Assembly: GCA_021790255.1 (NCBI GenBank)
Contig: JAJYIE010000003.1
Coordinates: forward strand, 68-64,067
Direction of reading: 5' to 3'
From: a bacterium
GTDB lineage: Bacteria > Patescibacteriota > Microgenomatia > Daviesbacterales > UBA10151
Length of the DNA: 64,000 nt
In this document: positions 1 through 8,856 of the stretch, one piece after another
Layout: each line of letters starts with the position of its first letter
How positions within the stretch are numbered: position 1 is the first letter of the stretch
Notes under the pieces: generated by a model
Database searches by the model: none
Seen by the model: only the letters and a program-made list of their open reading frames with translations
Told to the model about the DNA's origin: nothing
Made by a program: the position numbers and the translations under genes

Positions 1-369
1 TTTGAGTTTGATTATCCGGCTAACTGGGGGCTTTTGACTTGCCAGGGCAATCAAAATATCGAATTTGATCCGGTGAGCAGTACTGATCAGAAGAACGTTG
101 CCTGCAATGAGGCGGTCAAGCCGATCACGGTAATTGTTTCCGATACTTGTCCGGGGCAAACAATTACTTTGGGGAACAATCAGGTAACAAAATCCACAAC
201 CAATATTTCCACCGGCCATGTCGATTATGAGTGGTGTCTTAATGTAGCCGGCAAGGGTTTGGATATCACCCATCGGGTTTCCGTTGCCGGTGCCCCGGCT
301 CACAGTAAACTGGATTATTCCGCTCAGGTGGAACAGATGATTTCCACCATCCGCCCGTCTGCAAAATAA
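1..369 (+). CDS. C-terminal part of a hypothetical (probably secreted) protein; 5' end lies outside the window
   Basis: Open frame runs from base 1 in frame with the ORF 34..369 and stops at 369. No recognisable family. Confidence 0.4.
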   Translation, partial: FEFDYPANWGLLTCQGNQNIEFDPVSSTDQKNVACNEAVKPITVIVSDTCPGQTITLGNNQVTKSTTNISTGHVDYEWCLNVAGKGLDITHRVSVAGAPAHSKLDYSAQVEQMISTIRPSAK

Positions 370-453
370 CACCCCGCGGGACTTATGTAATTTTTCCGTA
401 CTTGGTAAGAAGCCAGACTTTCGTTAACCGCTGCGACCATATATACTCAAGCT

Positions 454-738
454 ATGTTCAACGAAGATTTGGCTGATAATTTAAAAAAGACCGCCGGTGA
501 AATTTTGTCAGAAACTGATCTTATAAATATTTTTTCCGGAGCAGGAAAAGTTAACCTTGTGGGAAGTTACAGGTTAAACCTGATGAGTCAGCCGGATATA
601 GATATGACGGTAAATTCTAAGTCTCCTTCTTATGATAAAGTTAAAGAGATAACGGCTCAGTTAACCGATTCCGGAAAATTTCAATCAGTGGGGCTGACGG
701 ATATATGCCATGGCTTTGTTGCAGAAAGGGGTAGTTAG
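454..738 (+). CDS. small nucleotidyltransferase-fold protein (MNT/GrpB-like)
   Basis: Motif GSYRLNLMSQPDIDMTV resembles the G-S...D-x-D signature of minimal nucleotidyltransferases. No HEPN partner adjacent. Confidence 0.4.
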   Translation: MFNEDLADNLKKTAGEILSETDLINIFSGAGKVNLVGSYRLNLMSQPDIDMTVNSKSPSYDKVKEITAQLTDSGKFQSVGLTDICHGFVAERGS

Positions 739-1544
739 AATATTTGTACCTGCGACTGTTGCTTCAATTCCTGGAACTTTTGAGAATAAATTTGGTTGAG
801 CTTTTGCTGCTTTAGTATATTGGTAGCCTCTTTAATTTGCCCGGCTGAATCAGTGGCAGTCAGCTGGTCTTTATTGGTGGTGATGAACTGATTAACTTCA
901 GCAGCAGAAACAGAGGCCTCGTTGGCATACATTTTTTCCATCATCAAAAGTATTTCCAGCTGGCTACGCAAATCTTCCCTTGTCTGGCCTTGTTGGGAAA
1001 GCAGGCTGTCGAGCATCTGTGGACCGCCGACATTGCCCTCAAGTTCTGTAATTCTGGCATCAACTTCAGCAGGAGTGATGCTGATATGTTGTTTTTGAGC
1101 GGCATCAGCGATAATTTTTTCATTAATCATCTGGTTTAAAGTTTGGCTGCGGTATTGCTTATTCATCCGGTCCAAAAGAGAGTAATTGCTGATCGGAGAA
1201 CCGTTTACCGTGGCGGCAACAAACCAGCTTTTTTCATAAGAAATAAGCAGAGCCAGAGCGATAACCAAAACGCCTAAATAAACTACTTTGGAAGGGCGGT
1301 ACCTTTTTACATTTTCCAAAGTCTTTTTATCAAACTTAACTTTTTTAGGGCTTAAAGCAGCTAGCCTGCTTTTAGTAATTTGCAGATAAGACGTTTTTTG
1401 TTGGACTGGAGTTTTTTCAGCTTTGTTCGGGCGGCCGCGTTTGGCTACAACATTAGTTGCAGCTGCCGCCACAGTGTTTTTTTTAGTAATGCGTTTTTTT
1501 GGAGCAGTTTCTGTGGCAGCTATTTTTTTAGTTTGTCTGGCCAT
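735..1544 (-). CDS. SurA N-terminal-domain-like chaperone/foldase with Lys-rich N-terminus and one TM segment
   Basis: Lys/Ala-rich basic N-terminus, a TM helix (VVYLGVLVIALALLI), then a region resembling the SurA/PrsA N-terminal chaperone domain. Confidence 0.45.
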   Translation of the reverse strand: MARQTKKIAATETAPKKRITKKNTVAAAATNVVAKRGRPNKAEKTPVQQKTSYLQITKSRLAALSPKKVKFDKKTLENVKRYRPSKVVYLGVLVIALALLISYEKSWFVAATVNGSPISNYSLLDRMNKQYRSQTLNQMINEKIIADAAQKQHISITPAEVDARITELEGNVGGPQMLDSLLSQQGQTREDLRSQLEILLMMEKMYANEASVSAAEVNQFITTNKDQLTATDSAGQIKEATNILKQQKLNQIYSQKFQELKQQSQVQIF

Positions 1545-1775
1545 TGGGGCGATAATAGCAGACTAAATGTGAATTTTGCAAGAGGTATTTTAATTAAGTG
1601 GAATTATTATACAAATGGATAGAAAAAGATTAAGAAATACTTCGGAAAAAGTTATGACTACTTTTTGCTGAAAATTGTTACCAGGATGCTTCGCAATATT
1701 GAAGTAAAATACATCGGAATAAAGTTTAGAAAAAATATTAAAATAGCAAAGTAAATTATCAATTTTCAGGCTAAG

Positions 1776-2495
1776 TTAATTCATGATGTAAATATCCACA
1801 AAGTGGCTGGTCCAATTTTTGGTCTGGTCGTTATCAAATCCCAAGTCGACCATGTTGCCATTAACGCCGCCGCCGGTATCACCCGCTAAAGCCGTGCCGT
1901 ACCCAGGGACATAAAATTTGCTGCCCAGTTTAATGACTGAGGGATCAACCGCCGCAATGCCTTTCCCGGCCTGAAGACCTAAAGAGGTCCGTCCGGTGCC
2001 GCTGCATGTTGAGCAAAAAGGCGTATAGTCGGTGGCCCAGACATGTAATTTCTCCCAATAGCTAATCTGTCCGTCAGGGGTATCAAGTGTGTGCCAGACG
2101 ATTTTAGTGCCGCGGGAGATGATTTTATTTGTGGGACTAATGGTTTTAGTGGCCGTAACTTCCCGCTGGTACTCCCGGCCTTGGTAATAAGTTATTTTAA
2201 TTGTGCGGGTTATTTTACCGAGTTCGCCATCCTGAGCGACCGTTTGTGTGCCTGCTTCAGCATTCGGATCATCCTGGTAAACAGTTTTAAAGGGGATATC
2301 TTCACTTTCCTCTGTGAATTTGCTGGTAAAACGTGACTCTGTGGTGACCGGAGGTAGTGAAGCTGCCAGAGTAACGCGAAGATGTGGAGCGGTCAGATCG
2401 GCTGAGGTGTTTTGCCGGCTGATTGTTAAAGCAACCATAACCAAAACCAGTCCGAGAATAGTTTGCACCTTAATGCTGGCAAATCCGTCTAACAT
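1776..2495 (-). CDS. G5 + 3D-domain cell-wall-binding protein (YabE/YocH-like)
   Basis: N-terminal signal/TM. C-terminal 3D-domain signature (TASG...VAVDPSVIKLGSKFYVPGYG...A.DTGGGV.GN.VDL) is preceded by a G5-like segment. Confidence 0.6.
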   Translation of the reverse strand: MLDGFASIKVQTILGLVLVMVALTISRQNTSADLTAPHLRVTLAASLPPVTTESRFTSKFTEESEDIPFKTVYQDDPNAEAGTQTVAQDGELGKITRTIKITYYQGREYQREVTATKTISPTNKIISRGTKIVWHTLDTPDGQISYWEKLHVWATDYTPFCSTCSGTGRTSLGLQAGKGIAAVDPSVIKLGSKFYVPGYGTALAGDTGGGVNGNMVDLGFDNDQTKNWTSHFVDIYIMN

Positions 2496-4372
2496 CAGGC
2501 ATCCAGCCAGTCATCCTCATCGGCACTTATGCTGATATTATCCAGGAACTGTTCCCCTGGGGGACCGGCTATCTGGCTATTACTTTCTATCAAATCCTCT
2601 GGGATGTCAATAAGAAAGCGGGAAATTAAGTTATTGGAACGGGTACCAAAATAAAGCCTTTGGCGGGTGCGGGTTAAAAACAGCAAATTTTTAGCCCTGG
2701 TCAGACCGACATAACAGAGCCGCCGCTCTTCTTCCATCTGGGCCGGGTCTAAAAGACAGCGGGAATGGGGGAATAAACCCTCTTCCATGCCGACAATAAA
2801 CACCACCGGCCATTCCAACCCTTTGGCCTGGTGCAAGGTGGTCAAGGTCACCGCATCTTTGGTACTCTTTTTCAGCTTCTCATCTGAGGAATATTCACTT
2901 TCCACCAGGGCAACATTTTCCAAAAACTGCGCCAGCTGAGGAGTTTGCTCCGCTACCGACCGGATCTCTTTGACGTTTTCCACCCGTGCCTTGCCGAGCT
3001 CGGTTCCGTCATCAATGTACTCCAGATAGTTTGTTTTCTCCACAACTTTGTCCAGCAGTTCCAAAGTGGAATAGTCCGAAGGACTGGTTCCTATCTCAGA
3101 AACTATCTCCCAAAAATGAGCGGCTCGGGTCTTGCCAATTTTTTCGATACGGCTTTTAGAAACTGTATCGGCCGGGTTTAAAATCAGCCGCAGATAGGCA
3201 AGGATGTCTTTGATCTCCTTGCGTTCATAGAAGCGGATACCGCCTATTAGTATATATGGAAGGTGATGTTTTAGAAAAATTTCTTCGAGGATCCGAGACT
3301 GGGCGTTAGTACGGTACAGAACGGCAAAATGAGATAATGGTAGTCCCAACTCGGTAACTTTCTGCACCACAAACTCTGCCTCCTCCTCTTCATTTTTTGC
3401 CTCTGTAACATTGATTTTTTCACCGCGGGGGTTGTCGGTCCAAAGTTTTAGGATAGGATGGGTGGTGTTTTTAGAGATAACAGAGTATGCAGCATCAAGG
3501 ATATTTTGAGTGGAACGGTAGTTTTGCTCCAGGTTGAATACTTTTGCCTGCGGGTAATCGTTTTTGAAGTTGACAATGTTTCGAAAATCGGCGCCGCGGA
3601 ACATATAAATTGACTGGGAAGCATCTCCCACTACGCAAATATTACGGTAGCGGCTAGCCAGCATTTTGGTTAAAAGGTACTGGACGGGGTTTGTGTCCTG
3701 ATACTCATCCACTAAAATATAGTGGAAACGGATTTGGTAGGAAGCTAGGGTAGCCGGATAATTTTGAAAAATCTTAACGACAAGGAGCAGGAGGTCGTCG
3801 AAATCAACGGCTTTGTTTTTTTCCAGGATTTTTTGATATTCCAGGTAAATTTTGGCCACCTGCTCCTGATAAAATCCTCTGGCAAAACGGGGATATTCCA
3901 AGCTACCGATCATCTCGTTTTTGGCTCCAGAGATAGTTTGCCTGATGGCGAAAGGGGAATTTTTTTGGGTAGAAATATCCAGGGCGGCCATAGCCTGTTT
4001 GACGGCATCAATGGAATCATTTTCATCATAGATGGTAAATGATGGCGGCAGGCCGATCAGGTGACCATCCTGACGCAGGATCTTGGCACAGACGCTGTGG
4101 AAGGTTCCCATCGTAGGAAGTGGATTGTAGGTTGCTGGTTGTTGGTTGATAAGGTTGAGGATGCGGGTTTTCATCTCGTTTGCTGCTTTGTTGGTGAAGG
4201 TTAAACAAAGAATGCCTTCCGGAGAAACACCATTGCTTATTAAATAGGCAGCTTTGTAAGTTAATACTCGGGTTTTCCCACTACCTGCTCCTGCCAGAAT
4301 AAGCACCGGACCATCAGTGCTCTTAACTGCTCTCTGTTGGAGATCATTAAGCGATGATAGGTCGACGGTCAT
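2495..4372 (-). CDS. pcrA: ATP-dependent DNA helicase PcrA/UvrD family (SF1)
   Basis: Walker A LILAGAGSGKTRVLT, TFTNKAANEM, Walker B VDEYQDTN, and further UvrD motifs. 625 aa. Confidence 0.85.
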   Translation of the reverse strand: MTVDLSSLNDLQQRAVKSTDGPVLILAGAGSGKTRVLTYKAAYLISNGVSPEGILCLTFTNKAANEMKTRILNLINQQPATYNPLPTMGTFHSVCAKILRQDGHLIGLPPSFTIYDENDSIDAVKQAMAALDISTQKNSPFAIRQTISGAKNEMIGSLEYPRFARGFYQEQVAKIYLEYQKILEKNKAVDFDDLLLLVVKIFQNYPATLASYQIRFHYILVDEYQDTNPVQYLLTKMLASRYRNICVVGDASQSIYMFRGADFRNIVNFKNDYPQAKVFNLEQNYRSTQNILDAAYSVISKNTTHPILKLWTDNPRGEKINVTEAKNEEEEAEFVVQKVTELGLPLSHFAVLYRTNAQSRILEEIFLKHHLPYILIGGIRFYERKEIKDILAYLRLILNPADTVSKSRIEKIGKTRAAHFWEIVSEIGTSPSDYSTLELLDKVVEKTNYLEYIDDGTELGKARVENVKEIRSVAEQTPQLAQFLENVALVESEYSSDEKLKKSTKDAVTLTTLHQAKGLEWPVVFIVGMEEGLFPHSRCLLDPAQMEEERRLCYVGLTRAKNLLFLTRTRQRLYFGTRSNNLISRFLIDIPEDLIESNSQIAGPPGEQFLDNISISADEDDWLDA

Positions 4373-5202
4373 AAAGCAAATCCTTTAATAAACTTTTGAA
4401 ATTTTCGCTCCATATATAATTCTGTGTCGTGGTACATATAGCCGAATAATTTCAAAGAAGCTTTATGCCCGCAACTCAAAGTATAATAAGGAGTCTGGTT
4501 ATTTGAGAACCTAGTCTGTATATTACTCGCATAGAGTTCATGTAAAACGCCTGATAGTATGTTATGTATTCCTTGAGCCATATTTAAACTGGCAGTGTAA
4601 AATATTGTAGCAACTGGGCTGCGATATTTATTTGTGTTTCTAAGAAAGACGCAACCATCTCCGTCAAAATAACCCCTTAGAAAGTGACGAACTAGATTAT
4701 TCGGTATTTTGGGGAAATTTAAGGTTAACCTTTTTCTCTCTGAAATACCAAGTTTTAACAAATCATCAAAGACCACGCGATCACAAATTCTTAAACTAAA
4801 GGATATTTTGTTGTTATTTCTGTGGTTCTCATGCACTGGACCGTTATACTCTAAAGTTAATTTAATTTTTTCTATAATATCCCGATCGTCGCATGCGATA
4901 TGTAATATATGGGATCGACCACTATGGCAAATATTGCCGTCGGCTGCAATAAAACCTAAAGTATAAGCCATATTTGCTGACCATTTCTTGAAGAAGTTGG
5001 AGTTGACGGAGTACTTTTTAACTTTTTGCTGAATAGGTAGATATCTTACTCTTGACTGAATAGAAGCCGGAGTACGCCTAATATCTTTTCCCATTTGCTT
5101 GTATGTAAGCTTATGTACATTTGCTTTTAAAAAATTAATCTCTTGGGAAGTCCATGGGTGAGTGAATTGATTTGGCATATAAGTATTATAACAAAGCCGC
5201 AA
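4369..5202 (-). CDS. free-standing LAGLIDADG homing endonuclease (double-motif)
   Basis: Two LAGLIDADG-type motifs (LGFIAADGNI and LRGYFDGDGCV). AT-rich relative to neighbours. Stop overlaps the pcrA start by 4 nt. Confidence 0.8.
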   Translation of the reverse strand: MRLCYNTYMPNQFTHPWTSQEINFLKANVHKLTYKQMGKDIRRTPASIQSRVRYLPIQQKVKKYSVNSNFFKKWSANMAYTLGFIAADGNICHSGRSHILHIACDDRDIIEKIKLTLEYNGPVHENHRNNNKISFSLRICDRVVFDDLLKLGISERKRLTLNFPKIPNNLVRHFLRGYFDGDGCVFLRNTNKYRSPVATIFYTASLNMAQGIHNILSGVLHELYASNIQTRFSNNQTPYYTLSCGHKASLKLFGYMYHDTELYMERKFQKFIKGFAL

Positions 5203-5237
5203 CCCATATATTTCAGTTTTCTACTCCGTTCGATTGT

Positions 5238-5438
5238 TTACCAGAAAATTCTCGGTTGCGCTCCTTTTTCTTTGACAAGATAAGCCGCCTCGTGGGTTAA
5301 GGCCTTTGTTTTGCCGCTTCCAGCGCCTGCTAAAATCAGGGTCAGACCATCTGCGGCTTTAACAGACTCATGCTGGACGGGATTTAAGTCTGCTAAAAGA
5401 TTAGGGACGTTCATACTGAGCGTAGTCGAAGTGGGCAT
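5238..5438 (-). pseudogene. N-terminal fragment (66 aa) of a UvrD/PcrA-type helicase, truncated right after Walker A
   Basis: LILAGAGSGKTKALTHEAAYLVKEKG is paralogous to the pcrA N-terminus. Terminates after ...PRIFW, about 35 bp upstream of the LAGLIDADG gene. Confidence 0.6.
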
Positions 5439-5718
5439 GGTGGGAGTATCTTAACACCAATGTAAGCCGAGGGCAATTTGGCGAGTTACTTTTTAAGACT
5501 TAATATCGCTGGGGTACCCTTTCCCGGATGAGGGTAGATATCCAAGGCAGCCCTGTGACCCAGTAAAATATTTTCCGGCAGATTGTCTATAAGAAGTTTG
5601 GGTTTAGGTATAGAAACTGGTTAGGGTATAGATATTGGGTATAGGCAACCTAACAGCGAGCCCTATTCCAAAACCTCTCGCCTCCTGTCCGTCTGCTCAG
5701 ATTTAATCAGGACATGTC

Positions 5719-6087
5719 TTAACTGCTCTGCCCTCCGTTGCCATGGGCTGATAAATAGGCACCGGCGTGATCAGACTGATTCCCCTGGGGTTTATCCTGC
5801 GGCAGGAGCAGGATGCCGGAAGATGGGGAGAGGGGAGGGGAATGATCCATAGCTACCTGCGGAATACTAGTCGGCATTTGGATACCGGCTTGGATATTGT
5901 CAGCTGAAACTTTCTGGGTACCAACTTGGCTGCCCCCCATTACCATGAAAAATACCTGTGAGCCAATTTGCGGCGGGATAGTTGCCGGCTTTCCGTCATG
6001 AGTAAACGAGGCCAAAAGTGCCATTAAGGCTGCTAAAAATTGTGGCATATAGTTTTCACCGCTTACTCCTAATGGTTTGCTTAACAA
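5719..6087 (-). CDS. hypothetical small protein (possibly secreted; weak)
   Basis: ORF only. Hydrophobic N-terminal segment. No family recognised. Confidence 0.25.
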   Translation of the reverse strand: MLSKPLGVSGENYMPQFLAALMALLASFTHDGKPATIPPQIGSQVFFMVMGGSQVGTQKVSADNIQAGIQMPTSIPQVAMDHSPPLSPSSGILLLPQDKPQGNQSDHAGAYLSAHGNGGQSS

Positions 6088-6193
6088 TAGTGGCCTATAT
6101 TAGGACGGAAGACAGGAAGAAGTAAGAAAATAGCAAGAAAAGGTCAGGCAGTTTTGATAAATTTAGGCTTTACTTGTTGTTGGCCGCGGTGGT

Positions 6194-6466
6194 ATGATGT
6201 TTCCCGCTATGGTACAACTTTTGGATTTTTGGGCGGAGTGGTGTGGTCCCTGCCAGATTATGAAACCTGTTGTGGAAGAGCTGGAAAGAGAGCTTAAAGG
6301 TAAAGTTGAAGTGAAATCCGTTGATGTGGATGCCGACCCAAATGAAGCTTCCAAATTTGGCATAATGAGTATTCCCACATTTGTTGTCCTAAAAAACGGG
6401 AAAGAGGTTGGCCGCAAAATTGGGGTGACTTCTAAGACAGAGCTCATGAAGTTGGTTAATAGTTAA
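6194..6466 (+). CDS. trxA: thioredoxin
   Basis: Active-site WAEWCGPC and typical thioredoxin length and sequence. Confidence 0.85.
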   Translation: MMFPAMVQLLDFWAEWCGPCQIMKPVVEELERELKGKVEVKSVDVDADPNEASKFGIMSIPTFVVLKNGKEVGRKIGVTSKTELMKLVNS

Positions 6467-6486
6467 TAGTTTAAGACCAAAGGTCA

Positions 6487-6530
6487 CAAGCTTTGCTTAA
6501 GACGTAGTCGCAGGCTTTGCTTATTGTTGG
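6487..6530. repeat. 44-bp intergenic repeat, copy A (CAAGCTTTGCTTAAGACGTAGTCGCAGGCTTTGCTTATTGTTGG)
   Basis: Near-identical copy at 14184..14227 (4 mismatches). Contains an internal direct repeat AAGCTTTGCTTA / AGGCTTTGCTTA. Confidence 0.7.
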
Positions 6531-6599
6531 TAGTAATGTATCGGCTGACACATATCAATCCACTATCTGCTGCCCGCAACCAGCACCTGATTCATTTTT

Positions 6600-6923
6600 A
6601 TGAACTTCAAAGACCGTGTGATTAAAGTTGTCAGGCAGATTCCCCCGGGTCGGGTAACCACCTACGGCACAGTGGCCATATTGGCAGGGATGCCAAGGGG
6701 TAGCCGGCTGGTGGGAGGGGTTTTACATTTTAACAGCGAAAAATACAACCTTCCCTGGCAAAGAATTATTAACCGCCACGGCTTTATCTCCACAACTTGC
6801 CTGGAACACCCGAAGCAGGCCCAGAAAGCCCTGCTTGAGAATGAAGGTGTAGAAGTCTCGGAGGATTTTATTGTAGACTTAAAAAAGTACGGATGGCGAG
6901 GAAGGGAGAATAAATTAACCTAA
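6600..6923 (+). CDS. alkyltransferase-like protein (ATL; MGMT-fold DNA-binding domain with Trp replacing catalytic Cys)
   Basis: TYGTVAILAGMPRGSRLVGGVL...LPWQRIINRHGFIS matches the ATL/YbaZ PWHR(V) motif rather than the PCHR active site. Confidence 0.75.
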   Translation: MNFKDRVIKVVRQIPPGRVTTYGTVAILAGMPRGSRLVGGVLHFNSEKYNLPWQRIINRHGFISTTCLEHPKQAQKALLENEGVEVSEDFIVDLKKYGWRGRENKLT

Positions 6924-6967
6924 GTACTAATTCAGGTCAATTCGGGTTTAGAGCAATTAGAGACTTT

Positions 6968-7642
6968 ATGAAAACACTCTGGATTGTCGCTAACTGGAAA
7001 TCTAATAAAACCATTGCCGAGGCTCTGGATTGGGTGGGGCAGGTGGGGCCGAAACTTATTCACAAACCCGGTATTCAGGTGGTGGTTTGCCCGACTTTTC
7101 TGGCGGCGGAAGAGGTAAAAAAAGTCGTGATGGTAGGCCACTTTCCCTTACTGGTCGGAGTGCAGGACCTCTCCCCATTTGAGGAAGGTCCCTTTACCGG
7201 GGAAGAAGCAGCCAGAATTTTGTCGGATGTGGTAGACTTAGCCATTCTGGGCCATTCAGAAAGGCGGCAAAACTTTGGGGAAACTGATCAAATGGTTGCG
7301 CAGAAAGTAGCTCAAGCCCTAAAGTATAATATTAAACCGCTTGTTTGTGTGCAGGGTCCAGATACTCCGGTGCCACCCGGGGTAAAGCTGGTAGCTTATG
7401 AGCCGCTTTTTGCCATCGGCACAGGTCATCCGGAAGATCCGGTGAATGCCAGTCAGGTGGCCCGCCAGCTGAAGGAAAGAGTGGATACGTCTTTGCAGGT
7501 GCTCTACGGTGGCAGTGTGACGGGAGAAAATGTCGGCAGTTTTTTATCTGTGGAGAATTTATCTGGTCTTTTGGTGGGCGGGGCTTCCCTTGACCCGCAG
7601 CAGTTTGGCCGGATTGTCCAGTCTGCCTACGAAACGAACTAA
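6968..7642 (+). CDS. tpiA: triosephosphate isomerase
   Basis: ANWKSN, ILGHSERR, AYEPLFAIGTG and LYGGSV motifs. Confidence 0.9.
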   Translation: MKTLWIVANWKSNKTIAEALDWVGQVGPKLIHKPGIQVVVCPTFLAAEEVKKVVMVGHFPLLVGVQDLSPFEEGPFTGEEAARILSDVVDLAILGHSERRQNFGETDQMVAQKVAQALKYNIKPLVCVQGPDTPVPPGVKLVAYEPLFAIGTGHPEDPVNASQVARQLKERVDTSLQVLYGGSVTGENVGSFLSVENLSGLLVGGASLDPQQFGRIVQSAYETN

Positions 7643-7644
7643 AT

Positions 7645-8856
7645 ATGGACGATTTAAGGCCGGTTAGACTGCATAAAAAACGATATCCGCAATTCTCATG
7701 GAGCCGCCGCTATCTTTTTTTGCCTATTCTGGTGTTGCTTGGTGCTGTTTACCTTATTTTCGGCCGGCAGGGGGATTCGCCTGTCCTCCGTGTTTTGGGA
7801 GGAGGCAGCAGCCTGAAAATATATGACGGGCGGGTGAATATCCTTCTTTTGGGGATTGCCGGGGGCAACCACGACGGACCAAATTTGACGGACACAATTA
7901 TGGTTGCTTCCTACGATACTCACAGCCATAATGTAACCCTGGTTTCCATTCCCCGTGACCTGTGGCTGAGTGATTACCACGGCAAAGTTAATACTTTGTA
8001 TGAAGATGGCCTGGCAAAAGGTAACGGACTGGGGTTGGCGGAGCAAAAAATCGGCCAGATCTTGGGGATAACCATACCTTACGGGGCGCGGATTGATTTT
8101 GACGGATTCACTAAAGCTGTTGATTTAGTGGGAGGGGTGGATGTAGTAGTACAGCGCTCCTTTGATGATTACGCTTATCCTTTTCCCGGCAAGGAAGCTG
8201 ACATGTGCGGCTATAAGGAAGCAGTGCATGATATTACTGACCAGCAGGCCAGAACATTGGGTGTTGAAAAAGGCAAGCTAAAAGTCTTGCTTGACCCCCA
8301 GGGCAATATTGCCACCGCCGCCGCCACTCCCGACGCGCCCTTAGCATATAACGATGATCAGGTGCTGCAGTATTTTTCCTGCCGCTTCGAGCATTTAACC
8401 TTTAAAGCGGGGCCGCTGCATCTGGACGGAGCAACTGCCTTAAAGTATGTCCGCTCCCGCCACGGCACTAACGGTGAGGGCAGCGACTTTGCCCGCTCCA
8501 GGCGCCAGCAGCAGGTTTTGCAGGCGTTTGAGGCTAAGGTCTTTTCTTTGGGAACTTTAGCTGACCTGCCGAAGGTTATAAGTTTAATCAGGACTTTCGG
8601 TGAAAGCTTGGACACGGATATTCCCCAAAGTGAGTATCCTGATTTTTTGAAACTGGCAAAAGATGTCGGGCCTATTAAAAGCTATGTTATTGACGGTGCT
8701 GGCAGCCCGGAATTTTTAATTAACCCTGATCCGGCAGATTATGGAGGCTCCTGGGTGCTGATTCCACCGAATAACGACTTTACAGCTGTCCACAGTTACA
8801 TTCATGGGATTTTATCACCCGAAACAGCTTCCGGTTCTGCACAGGTTAAGCAATGA
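7645..8856 (+). CDS. LytR-CpsA-Psr (LCP) family cell-envelope phosphotransferase
   Basis: N-terminal TM, then NILLLGIAGGNHDGPNLTDTIMVASYD, the LCP signature. Confidence 0.8.
   Translation: MDDLRPVRLHKKRYPQFSWSRRYLFLPILVLLGAVYLIFGRQGDSPVLRVLGGGSSLKIYDGRVNILLLGIAGGNHDGPNLTDTIMVASYDTHSHNVTLVSIPRDLWLSDYHGKVNTLYEDGLAKGNGLGLAEQKIGQILGITIPYGARIDFDGFTKAVDLVGGVDVVVQRSFDDYAYPFPGKEADMCGYKEAVHDITDQQARTLGVEKGKLKVLLDPQGNIATAAATPDAPLAYNDDQVLQYFSCRFEHLTFKAGPLHLDGATALKYVRSRHGTNGEGSDFARSRRQQQVLQAFEAKVFSLGTLADLPKVISLIRTFGESLDTDIPQSEYPDFLKLAKDVGPIKSYVIDGAGSPEFLINPDPADYGGSWVLIPPNNDFTAVHSYIHGILSPETASGSAQVKQ

Noticed and set aside
4369-5202. Possibility that the LAGLIDADG protein is an intein within the helicase
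   Set aside because: It is a separate ORF in a different frame with its own start. It lacks the Cys/Ser N-terminal and His-Asn C-terminal splice junctions. The host helicase is complete without it.
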